From Clostridia bacterium (GTDB lineage Bacteria > Bacillota > Clostridia > Oscillospirales > CAG-272), in assembly GCA_017461945.1 (NCBI GenBank), contig JAFTSB010000061.1, positions 1,966 to 65,965 on the forward strand: 64,000 bases of DNA, written 5' to 3'. The translations under genes were made by a program, and so were the position numbers. This document shows, piece by piece, positions 44,737 through 54,109 of this stretch. The notes beneath the pieces were generated by a model, which saw only the letters and a program-made list of their open reading frames with translations, was not told where the DNA came from and ran no database searches. Each line of letters begins with the position of its first letter. The stretch's first letter is position 1.

Positions 44737-45504
44737 ATGATCGAATATGGATTGCAGATGTACAGCGTACGTGATATCACCAAAGAAAACCTGAAGGATG
44801 CGTTGCGTCAGGTGGCCGAAATGGGCTATACCTATGTGGAATTCGCCGGCTTTTTTGGCAACACCGCTGAGGATGTAAAAGCTTGGATGGATGAATACGG
44901 CCTCAAGTGCAGCGGTACCCATACCAGCGGCGATCTGATCTCGCCCTGGAAGATCAAGGATACCATTGCCTACCACAAGGCTATCGGCTGCACGAATCTG
45001 ATCGTTCCCAGCGCCAAGTGGAAGACCGTTGAGGAAATGGAATACAATATGGCGCTGTTCAACTATGCTCAGAAGAAGCTGGCAGAGGAGGGCATCTCCC
45101 TTGGTTATCACAACCACTCCGGCGAGTTCTATCCCACTCCCTACGGCAAGATCGTAGAGGATGAGATCATGGCGCGCACCTCCATTGATATTGAGATCGA
45201 CACCTTCTGGCTCTTTAACGCCGGCATTGATCCTGTGCCCTATCTGGAGGCACACAAGGATCGCATTAAGGTGATTCATTTGAAGGATGGTACCGTTCTG
45301 CGCGACGGCAACGGCTCCTTTGCCAATGCCAGAAACGGTGCAGAAGGCAAGTCTGTTGGTAGTGGCATGGCTCCCGTTAAGGCCGTGCGCGATTGGGCCA
45401 TTCAAAATGGCGTTCTGATGGTCATCGAGTCCGAGGGACTGGATCCCACCGGCCCTGCTGAGGTCAAGCGCTGTATCGACTTTCTGCGCTCGCTGGAAGC
45501 TTAA
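44737..45504 (+). CDS. sugar phosphate isomerase/epimerase (xylose isomerase-like TIM barrel) embedded in the BCAA operon
   Basis: IEYGLQMYSVRD ... YTYVEFAG ... LGYHNH ... VIHLKDG pattern. ATG 44737 follows AGAGAGGAAA. Confidence 0.8.
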   Translation: MIEYGLQMYSVRDITKENLKDALRQVAEMGYTYVEFAGFFGNTAEDVKAWMDEYGLKCSGTHTSGDLISPWKIKDTIAYHKAIGCTNLIVPSAKWKTVEEMEYNMALFNYAQKKLAEEGISLGYHNHSGEFYPTPYGKIVEDEIMARTSIDIEIDTFWLFNAGIDPVPYLEAHKDRIKVIHLKDGTVLRDGNGSFANARNGAEGKSVGSGMAPVKAVRDWAIQNGVLMVIESEGLDPTGPAEVKRCIDFLRSLEA

Positions 45505-45528
45505 TTTCCCGAGAAGAGGAACAACAGA

Positions 45529-46788
45529 ATGGCAATGACAATGACACAAAAGATTCTGGCGGCACACGCGGGTCTGGATCGTGTCGAGGCCGGTCAACTG
45601 ATCCTGGTGGATCTGGATCGCGTTTTGGGCAACGATATCACCTCTCCCGTGGCCATTCGCGAATTTGAGCGGATCGGGGCTACCAAGGTCTACGATAAGG
45701 ACAAGGTGACTATGGTGATGGATCACTTTGCCCCCAATAAGGATATCAAAGCGGCTGAGCAATGTAAGATGTGCCGCAGCTTTTGCGAGAATTACGAGGT
45801 TACGCATTTTTATGATGTGGGACGCATGGGCATTGAGCACGCCCTGCTCCCCGAAAAAGGCCTGGTCGTATCGGGCGACGTTGTTATCGGTGCGGACTCT
45901 CATACCTGCACCTACGGTGCGCTGGGCGCTTTTTCAACCGGTGTGGGTTCTACCGATATGGCTTGCGGTATGGCAACCGGCAAGGCGTGGTTCAAAGTGC
46001 CTTCGGCCATTCGCCTTCGTCTCAAGGGCAAGCTGAACCCCTTTGTGTCGGGCAAGGATGTGATCCTGCATATCATTGGCAAGATTGGCGTTGACGGCGC
46101 GCTTTATCGTTCGATGGAGTTTACCGGAGAGGGAGTCGCCTCTCTGTCGATCTATGATCGTTTGACCATTTCCAATATGGCCATCGAGGCCGGTGCCAAA
46201 AACGGCATTTTCCCGGTAGACGAGCAGACGCTGGCCTATGTTGCCGAGCATAGCGATCGCAAGCCCGTTATTTATGAGGCTGATTCCGATGCCGTGTATG
46301 ATGAGACCTATGATATCGATCTTTCTGAGATCAAATCTACGGTGGCGTTCCCCCACCTGCCCGAAAACACTCGCACCATTGATGAGGTGGGCGATGTGCG
46401 CATCGATCAGGTGGTGATCGGCTCCTGCACCAACGGCCAGTATAAGGATATTGCCGAGGCTGCCGCGATTTTGAAGGGCAAAAAGATTGCCGATCACGTG
46501 CGCGCCATTATTATCCCCGCTACGCAGGATGTGTATCTCAAGGCCGTGAAAAACGGTCTTGTGAAGATCTTTATTGAGGCCGGTTGTGTGGTTTCCACCC
46601 CCACCTGCGGTCCGTGTCTCGGTGGCCATATGGGCATTCTTGCCGCCGGCGAGCGTGCCGTTGCAACCACCAACCGTAACTTTGTCGGACGTATGGGCCA
46701 CGTGACCTCCGAGGTCTATCTGGCCAGCCCTGCTGTTGCCGCTGCCAGTGCCATCGCAGGCAAGATCGCCGACCCTGCCAAGATTTGA
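45529..46788 (+). CDS. leuC: 3-isopropylmalate dehydratase large subunit
   Basis: Aconitase-family motifs ([38 protein letters not shown]). Confidence 0.9.
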   Translation: MAMTMTQKILAAHAGLDRVEAGQLILVDLDRVLGNDITSPVAIREFERIGATKVYDKDKVTMVMDHFAPNKDIKAAEQCKMCRSFCENYEVTHFYDVGRMGIEHALLPEKGLVVSGDVVIGADSHTCTYGALGAFSTGVGSTDMACGMATGKAWFKVPSAIRLRLKGKLNPFVSGKDVILHIIGKIGVDGALYRSMEFTGEGVASLSIYDRLTISNMAIEAGAKNGIFPVDEQTLAYVAEHSDRKPVIYEADSDAVYDETYDIDLSEIKSTVAFPHLPENTRTIDEVGDVRIDQVVIGSCTNGQYKDIAEAAAILKGKKIADHVRAIIIPATQDVYLKAVKNGLVKIFIEAGCVVSTPTCGPCLGGHMGILAAGERAVATTNRNFVGRMGHVTSEVYLASPAVAAASAIAGKIADPAKI

Positions 46789-46806
46789 GGAAGGGGGAGA
46801 AGAACC

Positions 46807-47301
46807 GTGAAATTTACCGGAACTGTGATTAAGTACGGCGACAACGTGGATACCGACGTGATCATCCCCGCCCGTCACCTGAACACCATTGATGTGAACG
46901 AGCTTGCCTCCCATTGTATGGAGGATATTGACAAGGATTTCCACAAAAAGATCAAGCCGGGCGATCTGATGGTCGCAGGATGGAACTTTGGCTGCGGCTC
47001 CTCTCGTGAGCACGCCCCCATTGCGATCAAGGCCAGCGGCATTTCCTTGGTTATTGCCAAGAGCTTCGCCCGCATCTTTTACCGCAACGCCATCAACATT
47101 GGTCTTGCTATTTTGGAATGTCCTGCCGCAGCAGAGGCCATCGAAAACGGCCATAAGGTAGAGGCCGATCTGGATGCAGGCGTGATTACCGACCTGACCA
47201 CGGGTGCGCGTTATGACACCACGCCTTTTCCGCCTTTCATTCAAAAAATGATTCAGAACGGCGGCTTGGTTGCCTCGATCCAAAAGGGCGACTTTTGCTG
47301 A
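46807..47301 (+). CDS. leuD: 3-isopropylmalate dehydratase small subunit
   Basis: [15 protein letters not shown] and [10 protein letters not shown] swivel-domain motifs. GTG start. Confidence 0.9.
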   Translation: MKFTGTVIKYGDNVDTDVIIPARHLNTIDVNELASHCMEDIDKDFHKKIKPGDLMVAGWNFGCGSSREHAPIAIKASGISLVIAKSFARIFYRNAINIGLAILECPAAAEAIENGHKVEADLDAGVITDLTTGARYDTTPFPPFIQKMIQNGGLVASIQKGDFC

Positions 47302-47313
47302 AAGGATGCCGAT

Positions 47314-48381
47314 ATGAAAAAGAATATTGCACTACTGAAGGGTGACGGCATCGGTCCCGAGATCGTGGATAGCGCGGTTCGGGTGCTGGAGGCCATCGCC
47401 AAGAAATACAATCATCAATTTACCTTTACACCTTATCTCATCGGTGGCTGTGCCATCGATGCTACCGGCGCACCTTTGCCCGAGGAGACTGTCGCCGGCT
47501 GTCTTGCTGCGGATAGTGTGCTGCTTGGTGCTGTGGGCGGCCCCAAATGGGATACGCTCCCCGGCAATATCCGCCCGGAAAAGGCCCTGCTGGGCATCCG
47601 TGCTGCTATGGAGCTTTTCACCAACCTGCGCCCCGCACAGCTCTATCCCGCCTTGGCAGGGGATTGCCCCCTGCGTGCCGATATCGTGGCCAACGGCTTT
47701 GATATGGTCATCGTCCGCGAATTGACCGGCGGCATTTATTTTGGCGAGCGCGGCATGAGAGAGGGAAAATACGGCGAGGAGGCCTATGACACCGAGTGCT
47801 ATAGTCGTATGGAGATCGAACGCATCGGTCGCGTGGCCTTTGAGACCGCGCGCAAGCGCAGCAAGCGCCTTTGCAGCATTGACAAGGCCAACGTGCTGGA
47901 ATCCTCCCGTCTGTGGCGCAAGATCATGCACGAGCTGGCCGAGGAATATCCCGATGTCACCCTTTCCGATATGCTGGTGGATAATGCCGCAATGCAGCTG
48001 GTGCGCAACCCTGCCCAGTTTGACGTGATCGTAACCTCCAATATGTTCGGCGATATCCTGTCAGACGAGGCATCTCAGATTACCGGCTCCATCGGTATGC
48101 TGCCCTCTGCTTCTTTGGGCAGTAGCACCAAGGGATTGTATGAGCCTATTCACGGCTCTGCCCCCGATATTGCCGGCAAGCACATTGCCAATCCCATTGC
48201 TACCATTCTGTCCGCTGCTATGATGCTGCGATATTCCTTTGGTATGAGTGCCGAGGCCGATGCCATCACCCGTGCAGTGGATGAGGTGCTGGAGGCAGGC
48301 TGCCGTACGGCAGATCTGGCTCACGGTGCCCCCGCCCTGACCACCGAAGAAATGACCGATGCCATTCTGGCTCGTCTTTGA
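47314..48381 (+). CDS. leuB: 3-isopropylmalate dehydrogenase
   Basis: [13 protein letters not shown] and [12 protein letters not shown] motifs. Confidence 0.95.
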   Translation: MKKNIALLKGDGIGPEIVDSAVRVLEAIAKKYNHQFTFTPYLIGGCAIDATGAPLPEETVAGCLAADSVLLGAVGGPKWDTLPGNIRPEKALLGIRAAMELFTNLRPAQLYPALAGDCPLRADIVANGFDMVIVRELTGGIYFGERGMREGKYGEEAYDTECYSRMEIERIGRVAFETARKRSKRLCSIDKANVLESSRLWRKIMHELAEEYPDVTLSDMLVDNAAMQLVRNPAQFDVIVTSNMFGDILSDEASQITGSIGMLPSASLGSSTKGLYEPIHGSAPDIAGKHIANPIATILSAAMMLRYSFGMSAEADAITRAVDEVLEAGCRTADLAHGAPALTTEEMTDAILARL

Positions 48382-48389
48382 GGTGCGGT

Positions 48390-49571
48390 ATGACACGTGA
48401 AGACATCAAAACACTGTCACGCTCGCTATCGGGGCTGGGTGTGTTTGCAGGACTTTTGAAAAAGCCGCTGTTCTCCCATTTTCTCACGATGACCGAGGCA
48501 AGGGAGGAGGGCGAGGCCCTTCGTGCCTTAGGCGCCTTGATCAGCGAGGTGTACGAAAAGGGTGGGAATTTCGCCGCCGCCGTGCGCCGCGCCGTGCTGG
48601 AAAACGAAAACGCTTACGTTCGTATGCGTGCGGGAAAAGGGAAGTGCGACCCTGCGATTGAGGTGGCGCTGATTCGCGAGCTGAAGATCCTTTCGGCCTT
48701 TGCCTCCCTTGCACCTGCCGATTTCGAGGCCTTTTTTGAAAACGCCCCCTATATTCCTCCCTTTGGCCATCAGAAGATCTCGCTGGCAGGAGAGTACGAG
48801 GAGCGTATGCAGGATATTAACAAGCATGGCTACGGCATTTTTGCCGCCAACGCCATGTTCCGCCTTTCCAACGATTCTCAAATCGAGCCAATTGCCTCTG
48901 CGGATAATGTCTCGCTGGAGTCCTTTATCGGTTATGAGGAGGAGCGTGGACAGGTGCTGGAAAACACCAAGGCCTTTTTGGAGGGGCGCCCTGCCGCCAA
49001 CGTGTTGCTTTATGGTGATGCGGGCACAGGTAAATCCTCTACCGTTAAGGCGGTGACCAATCACTATTTTGAGCAGGGCCTGCGCCTGATCGAGGTCCGC
49101 AAGGATCAACTCTCTCTCTTACCCCTTGTCATGGGCAAGATCCGCAACAACCCCCTGCGCTTTATCATTTTTATTGATGACCTTTCCTTTAACAAAAGCG
49201 ACGATTGCTTTAGTATGCTCAAGGCCGCGCTGGAAGGCTCTGCGGCTGCTAAGGCCGATAACGCGGTCATCTATGCCACCAGCAATCGCCGTCACATCGT
49301 GCGCGAGACCTTTTCTGACCGTGAGGGAGACGAGGTGCATCGCAACGACACCATGCAAGAGACGCTGTCTCTTTCCGAGCGCTTTGGCATGACGGTGCTG
49401 TTTGCCAGACCCAATAAGCAGCTGTATCTGGAGATCATTCGTGAGCTGGCCACCAAGCACAACATCCAAATGGAGACCTCGGAGCTGGAGCTGAAGGCCG
49501 AGGCCTTTGCGCTCAAGCGCGGCACGCGCTCCGCCCGTTGTGCCGAGCAATTTATTGAAAGTCTTATGTAA
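48390..49571 (+). CDS. DUF815-type P-loop ATPase embedded in the BCAA operon
   Basis: Walker A LLYGDAGTGKSS and Walker B-like FIIFIDDLSF. ATG 48390 lies 9 nt after the leuB stop, following GAGGTG. Confidence 0.75.
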   Translation: MTREDIKTLSRSLSGLGVFAGLLKKPLFSHFLTMTEAREEGEALRALGALISEVYEKGGNFAAAVRRAVLENENAYVRMRAGKGKCDPAIEVALIRELKILSAFASLAPADFEAFFENAPYIPPFGHQKISLAGEYEERMQDINKHGYGIFAANAMFRLSNDSQIEPIASADNVSLESFIGYEEERGQVLENTKAFLEGRPAANVLLYGDAGTGKSSTVKAVTNHYFEQGLRLIEVRKDQLSLLPLVMGKIRNNPLRFIIFIDDLSFNKSDDCFSMLKAALEGSAAAKADNAVIYATSNRRHIVRETFSDREGDEVHRNDTMQETLSLSERFGMTVLFARPNKQLYLEIIRELATKHNIQMETSELELKAEAFALKRGTRSARCAEQFIESLM

Positions 49572-49587
49572 TGCGGGAGAAAAAGAA

Positions 49588-50784
49588 ATGCTGACGCTGG
49601 ATAATGTATACCGTGCAAGCTATGTGTTAAAGGACGTGGTGCGCAAAACCGACGTGATCTACGCCCCCAAGCTCTGCCCGGGAGTTGAGCTGTATCTCAA
49701 AACCGAAAATCTGCAGGTGACCGGCTCCTTTAAGGTGCGCGGCGCCTACTACAAAATGTCTAAGCTGACAGATGCCGAAAAGGAGCGTGGCGTGATTGCC
49801 TGCTCGGCCGGCAATCACGCACAGGGCGTGGCGCTTGGCGCACAGAAAAACGGTATCAAGGCCGTGATCTGCTTGCCGGCCGGTGCCCCCATCTCCAAGG
49901 TGGAGGCCACCAAGAGCTACGGCGCTGAGGTTTGTTTGGTGGAGGGCGTTTATGACGATGCCTATCGCCGCGCGCTGGAGCTGCGCGACGAAAAGGGCTA
50001 CACCTTCATTCACCCCTTTAACGATGAGGATGTGATCGCAGGCCAGGGAACCATTGCGCTGGAGCTGACCGAGCAGCTTTCCAATATTGACGTGGTGTTG
50101 GTGCCCGTTGGTGGTGGTGGATTGATCTCCGGCGTGGCCTATACCTTAAAGACCCTGAATCCCAATGTCAAGGTTTACGGTGTGCAGGCCACCGGCGCTC
50201 CCTCTATGGCCAATTCCATCCACAACGGAACGATCGAAACGCTGCCCTCGGTTTCGACCATTGCCGACGGCATCGCTGTCAAGCAGCCCGGCGATCTGAC
50301 CTACGAGCTTTGCAGCAAATACGTGGATGATGTCGTGACCGTCAGCGACGACGAGATCTCCGCTGCCATTCTTGCCTTGATGGAGCAGCATAAGCTGGTC
50401 ACTGAGGGTGCCGGCGCTGTAGCCGTGGCTGCCGCTATGTTCGGAAAGGTGGATTTGAAGGGCAAAAAGACCGTTTGTCTTTGCTCGGGCGGTAATATCG
50501 ACGTGACCATTCTGTCCCGCGTGATCCAGCGCGGTCTGCTGATGTCCGGCCGTACCTGCCAGCTTACCATCGAGCTGATGGATAAGCCCGGCCAGCTCAT
50601 GGCCGTGGCCAGTGTCATTGCAGAGCGCGGCGGCAACGTGATCGAGGTCCATCACGAACATTCTCGCGGTGGCTCTGATGTCAATGGCTGCTATCTGCGC
50701 GTTACGATGGAGACTCGAAACTTTGAACATATCAACGAGATCCGCAAGGCCTTGGCCGAAAACGGACTCCACGTGATCGAATAA
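49588..50784 (+). CDS. ilvA: threonine ammonia-lyase (biosynthetic, short form with one ACT-like domain)
   Basis: PLP Lys motif GSFKVRGA and SAGNHAQGVA. It has a C-terminal regulatory domain. GGGAGAAAAAG RBS. Confidence 0.9.
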   Translation: MLTLDNVYRASYVLKDVVRKTDVIYAPKLCPGVELYLKTENLQVTGSFKVRGAYYKMSKLTDAEKERGVIACSAGNHAQGVALGAQKNGIKAVICLPAGAPISKVEATKSYGAEVCLVEGVYDDAYRRALELRDEKGYTFIHPFNDEDVIAGQGTIALELTEQLSNIDVVLVPVGGGGLISGVAYTLKTLNPNVKVYGVQATGAPSMANSIHNGTIETLPSVSTIADGIAVKQPGDLTYELCSKYVDDVVTVSDDEISAAILALMEQHKLVTEGAGAVAVAAAMFGKVDLKGKKTVCLCSGGNIDVTILSRVIQRGLLMSGRTCQLTIELMDKPGQLMAVASVIAERGGNVIEVHHEHSRGGSDVNGCYLRVTMETRNFEHINEIRKALAENGLHVIE

Positions 50785-50794
50785 GGAGAATATC

Positions 50795-51175
50795 ATGTCT
50801 GAACTGAAAAAAGTTGCAACCGAAAAGGCGCCAGCCGCCATCGGTCCTTACTCACAAGCCATCATCTGCGGCGACCTGGTGTTCACCTCGGGGCAGATCG
50901 GCATCGACCCCACCTGCGGTGAGATCACCGGCAAGACCATTGAACAGCAGACTGAGCAGGTCATGCAGAATTTGCAGGCCGTTTTGGCCGAGGCTGGCAC
51001 CTCTATGGAACAGGCTGTTAAGACCACCTGTTTCCTTGCTGATATTGCCGATTTTGCCGCCTTTAACGGCATCTATGGCAAATACTTCACCTCTAAGCCC
51101 GCACGCAGCTGTGTGGCCGCAAAAGCACTCCCCAAGGGCGCACTGGTAGAGGTTGAGGTCATCGCCAAGCTGTAA
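50795..51175 (+). CDS. ridA: RidA family reactive-intermediate (enamine/imine) deaminase
   Basis: APAAIGPYSQAI ... FTSGQIG ... ARSCV ... VEVEVIA, the YjgF/RidA pattern. Confidence 0.85.
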   Translation: MSELKKVATEKAPAAIGPYSQAIICGDLVFTSGQIGIDPTCGEITGKTIEQQTEQVMQNLQAVLAEAGTSMEQAVKTTCFLADIADFAAFNGIYGKYFTSKPARSCVAAKALPKGALVEVEVIAKL

Positions 51176-51239
51176 CGCGTTTTCAATACCGTTACCTCAT
51201 TTTTTCGCCCACAGGGCGGATTTCGAAAGGATAAAATCC

Positions 51240-52256
51240 ATGTCTGCAAAAAATATTGATTGGTCAAGCCTTGGCTTTGGCTATGTGAAAACCGATTGGC
51301 GTTATGTCGCCAATTATAAGGATGGAAAGTGGGATGAGGGCACTCTCACCCAAGACAACACCATCACAATGAGCGAGTGCGCCGGCGTATTGCAGTATGC
51401 TCAGACCTGCTTTGAGGGTCTTAAGGCCTATACCACCAAGGATGGCAAGATCGTGTGCTTCCGTCCCGATCTCAATGCCGAGCGCATGATTGAATCCTGC
51501 GAGCGGCTCATTATGCCCGCCCTTCCCAAGGAACGCTTTTTGGAGGCGGTTCGCCAGGTGGTCTCCGCCAATAAGGAGTGGATCCCTCCCTACGGCTCCG
51601 GCGCATCCCTGTACCTGCGTCCCTTTATGTTCGGCTATGACTCCGTCATTGGCGTCAAGCCCGCAAACGAGTATCAGTTCCGCATTTTCGCCACACCCGT
51701 CGGCCCCTATTTCAAGGGTGGTGTCAGACCTTTGACGGTACGTATCAGCGATTTTGACCGCGCCGCTCCCCGTGGCACCGGTCACGTTAAGGCGGGTCTC
51801 AACTATGCCATGAGCTTGTATGCCATCACCGATGCCCACGAAAAGGGCTTTGACGAGAATATTTACCCCGACTCGGCTACCCGTACCTATATCGAGGAGA
51901 CCGGCGGCGCTAACATCATTTTTGTCACCAAGGACGGAACGGTGGTTACTCCCAAGTCCGATACCATTCTGCCTTCCATCACTCGCCGCTCGCTCATGTA
52001 TGTGGCTGAGCACATCCTGGGTCTTAAGGTTGAGCAGCGCAAGGTTCGTGTGGACGAGCTGGCCGATTTTGTTGAGTGTGGTCTGTGTGGCACTGCCGCT
52101 GTGATCTCTCCTGTCGGCAAGATCGTGGATCACGGCAAAGAGATCGTATACGGCATGGAGGGCATGGGCCCCGTGATTCAAAAGCTTTATAACACGCTTC
52201 GTGGCATCCAAATGGGTGAGGTGGAAGCCCCCGAGGGCTGGATCTACGAAATCTGA
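51240..52256 (+). CDS. ilvE: branched-chain amino-acid aminotransferase
   Basis: Class IV aminotransferase pattern (CFEGLKAY, YLRPF, EETGGANIFFV-like EETGGANIIFV). ATG 51240 follows AAAGGA. Confidence 0.9.
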   Translation: MSAKNIDWSSLGFGYVKTDWRYVANYKDGKWDEGTLTQDNTITMSECAGVLQYAQTCFEGLKAYTTKDGKIVCFRPDLNAERMIESCERLIMPALPKERFLEAVRQVVSANKEWIPPYGSGASLYLRPFMFGYDSVIGVKPANEYQFRIFATPVGPYFKGGVRPLTVRISDFDRAAPRGTGHVKAGLNYAMSLYAITDAHEKGFDENIYPDSATRTYIEETGGANIIFVTKDGTVVTPKSDTILPSITRRSLMYVAEHILGLKVEQRKVRVDELADFVECGLCGTAAVISPVGKIVDHGKEIVYGMEGMGPVIQKLYNTLRGIQMGEVEAPEGWIYEI

Positions 52257-52268
52257 CTTTGAAAATTT

Positions 52269-52369
52269 GCGCAATGCGTCGTTGCTCCACACAACCAACC
52301 TCGGCGTATACAAATACGCCTTCGGCTGGTTGCTTACGGTGCGCCTCGCCTTGCGCAAATTTTCTTTGT
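52269..52369. repeat. 101-nt palindromic intergenic element, copy 1
   Basis: 99 of 101 positions match 52387-52487. Nested inverted repeats include GGCGTAT/ATACGCC, AACCAACC/GGCTGGTT and, with flanks, GAAAATTTGCGCAA (52261-74) / TTGCGCAAATTTTC (52351-64). Confidence 0.85.
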
Positions 52370-52386
52370 CAGATGGCAAGGGGAAG

Positions 52387-52487
52387 GCGCAATGCGTCGT
52401 TGCTCCGCACAACCAACCTCGGCGTATACAAATACGCCTTCGGCTGGTTGCTTACGGTGCGCCTCGCTTTGCGCAAATTTTCTTTGT
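52387..52487. repeat. 101-nt palindromic intergenic element, copy 2 (tandem, 118-bp period)
   Basis: It differs from copy 1 at 2 positions (CTCCACAC versus CTCCGCAC; CTCGCCTT versus CTCGCTTT). Confidence 0.85.
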
Positions 52488-52632
52488 TATGTATGTGTAT
52501 ATATGAAGGACTTTTCGCTCGCAACATGGCACCATTTTGTAGGGGGCGACGTCCTCGACGCCCCGCATCCACGACAAGCCGGATATATTTTAATATTTAA
52601 AAAAGAAAATGCAAATATTATTGCAAAACCTC

Positions 52633-52661
52633 TTGACTTTAACGCTTTAACGTGTTAAAAT
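52633..52661 (+). promoter_or_regulatory. sigma-A-like his operon promoter with extended -10
   Basis: TTGACT (52633-38), a 17-nt spacer, then TGT-TAAAAT (52653-61). The palindrome TTAAC-GT-GTTAA (52647-58) overlaps the -10. TGCAA-N6-TTGCA lies at 52610-25. Confidence 0.55.
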
Positions 52662-52691
52662 GTCAGTAATTTCTAAAAAGGTGGTTCATTT

Positions 52692-52988
52692 ATGGACGCA
52701 TTGCATACGCCCGAGATCCTGCGGTTGTATCAAACCGTAGCGGATCTCAAAACAGAAGAGGATTGTGCAGCTTTTTTTGAAGACATCTGCACCATCAAAG
52801 AGCTGCAGGATATTGCGCAGCGCCTGGAGGTGGCCTTTATGCTGCACGCAGGCAAAAATTATCAAGAGATCTCTGCATTGACCGGCGCTTCTACGGCAAC
52901 CATTAGCCGTGTAAAGAAATGCTTGGTCTACGGCAGCGGCGGCTATCGTGACGCGTTGCGCCGCGCGGAGGAAAGGGGAAAATCATGA
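52692..52988 (+). CDS. YerC/YecD (TrpR-like) DNA-binding protein, candidate HisR-type his regulator
   Basis: FFEDICTIKELQDIAQRLEVAFML ... NYQEISALTGASTATISRVKKCL is the YerC/YecD pattern. 4-nt overlap with hisZ. Confidence 0.75.
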   Translation: MDALHTPEILRLYQTVADLKTEEDCAAFFEDICTIKELQDIAQRLEVAFMLHAGKNYQEISALTGASTATISRVKKCLVYGSGGYRDALRRAEERGKS

Positions 52989-54109
52989 ACATTCAAGAGC
53001 CGGTTTTGAAAAATGATGAGAAGATCGTTTTTCGTCTGCGCGCGTTGTACCGATCTCTCGGCTATACGCAGTATAAAATGAGCAAATTTGAAGAATACGA
53101 TCTGTATGCCGGCAACAAGGATTTTCTGGTTTCCGATAACGTTATTACCTTTACCGATACCAATGGGCGACTCATGGCCTTAAAGCCCGACGTCACACTT
53201 TCCATCATCAAAAACAGTCAGGATGGTCCCGGCGTGCAAAAGGTCTTTTACAGCGAGAACGTCTACCGTGTTTCCGGCAGCAGCCGCTCTTATCGCGAGA
53301 TTATGCAGACCGGTCTGGAGTGCATGGGCAACATCGACGATTATGCTATTACCGAGGTGCTGATGCTGGCAGTCAAAAGCTTGGAGCGCATTTCTCCCGA
53401 CTTTGTGCTGGATATTTCGCATTTGGATATCGTTGCCGCTGCCATTGACGCGCTTGGCGTAAATGAAACTCTGCGTGCCGCTTTGCTGGTGGCCGTGGGG
53501 GAAAAGAATCTGCACGGCATTGACGAACTGATGACCAAGGCAGGTCTTTCTGCCCAGCTGGCAGAGCCCCTACGCCGTCTTGTGACCTTGCAGGGGGCGC
53601 CCGACCGTGTGCTGCCCGCTTTGCACGGACTGGTGTCCGATGAAAAGGCGTTGCAGGCGGTGGAGCGATTGGAACGCATCATTCAAGCGCTGACTGCTTG
53701 GGGCTGCGGCGACAAGGTACGTATTGATTTTTCGGTGATCAATGATATGAATTACTACAATGGTATCGTGTTTAAGGGCTTTGTTAACGGCGTGCCTGCC
53801 GGTGTTCTGTCTGGTGGACAATACGATCGTCTGATGCGCAAAATGGGCAAGCGTGCCGATGCCATCGGTTTTGCCGTGTATCTGGATCTGTTAGAGCGCC
53901 TTTGCGAAGAAACGCCCTTGTTTGATGTGGATACCGTTTTGCTATACGACGAAACAACCGAGCTGCAAGCACTGACCAAAGCAGTAGAAACGCTTTCTGC
54001 TACAGGGGAAAGTGTCACAGCGCAGCGCGTTGTGCCCCCCAAAATGCGATATCGGCGTTTGGTGCGGCTGACGAAGGGGGAGGTGGAGATCCTTGAAGAG
54101 CATGCTTAA
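52985..54109 (+). CDS. hisZ: ATP phosphoribosyltransferase regulatory subunit
   Basis: HisRS-like class II core without an anticodon-binding domain (LRALYRSLGYTQYKMSKFEEYDLY ... ALKPDVTLSI). It precedes a short-form hisG. Confidence 0.85.
   Translation: MNIQEPVLKNDEKIVFRLRALYRSLGYTQYKMSKFEEYDLYAGNKDFLVSDNVITFTDTNGRLMALKPDVTLSIIKNSQDGPGVQKVFYSENVYRVSGSSRSYREIMQTGLECMGNIDDYAITEVLMLAVKSLERISPDFVLDISHLDIVAAAIDALGVNETLRAALLVAVGEKNLHGIDELMTKAGLSAQLAEPLRRLVTLQGAPDRVLPALHGLVSDEKALQAVERLERIIQALTAWGCGDKVRIDFSVINDMNYYNGIVFKGFVNGVPAGVLSGGQYDRLMRKMGKRADAIGFAVYLDLLERLCEETPLFDVDTVLLYDETTELQALTKAVETLSATGESVTAQRVVPPKMRYRRLVRLTKGEVEILEEHA

Noticed and set aside
52261-52487. Possible CRISPR array (regular 118-bp period)
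   Set aside because: There are only two units. The repeats are 101 nt with a 17-nt spacer, the opposite of CRISPR geometry. The units are internally palindromic, and no cas genes are present.
52538-52566. TGTAGGGG(G)C…CGTCC…GAC motif, also at 61669-61690, each ~100-140 nt upstream of a strong promoter
   Set aside because: There are only two loosely similar copies in the window and the spacing to the promoters differs. I cannot distinguish it from chance or from another small repeat without a genome-wide search.
52201-52658. Overlapping 88-113-aa ORFs translating the ilvE-distal repeats
   Set aside because: They arise from reading the tandem palindromic element in several frames and strands. 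They have no RBS, and identical peptide fragments repeat because the DNA repeats.
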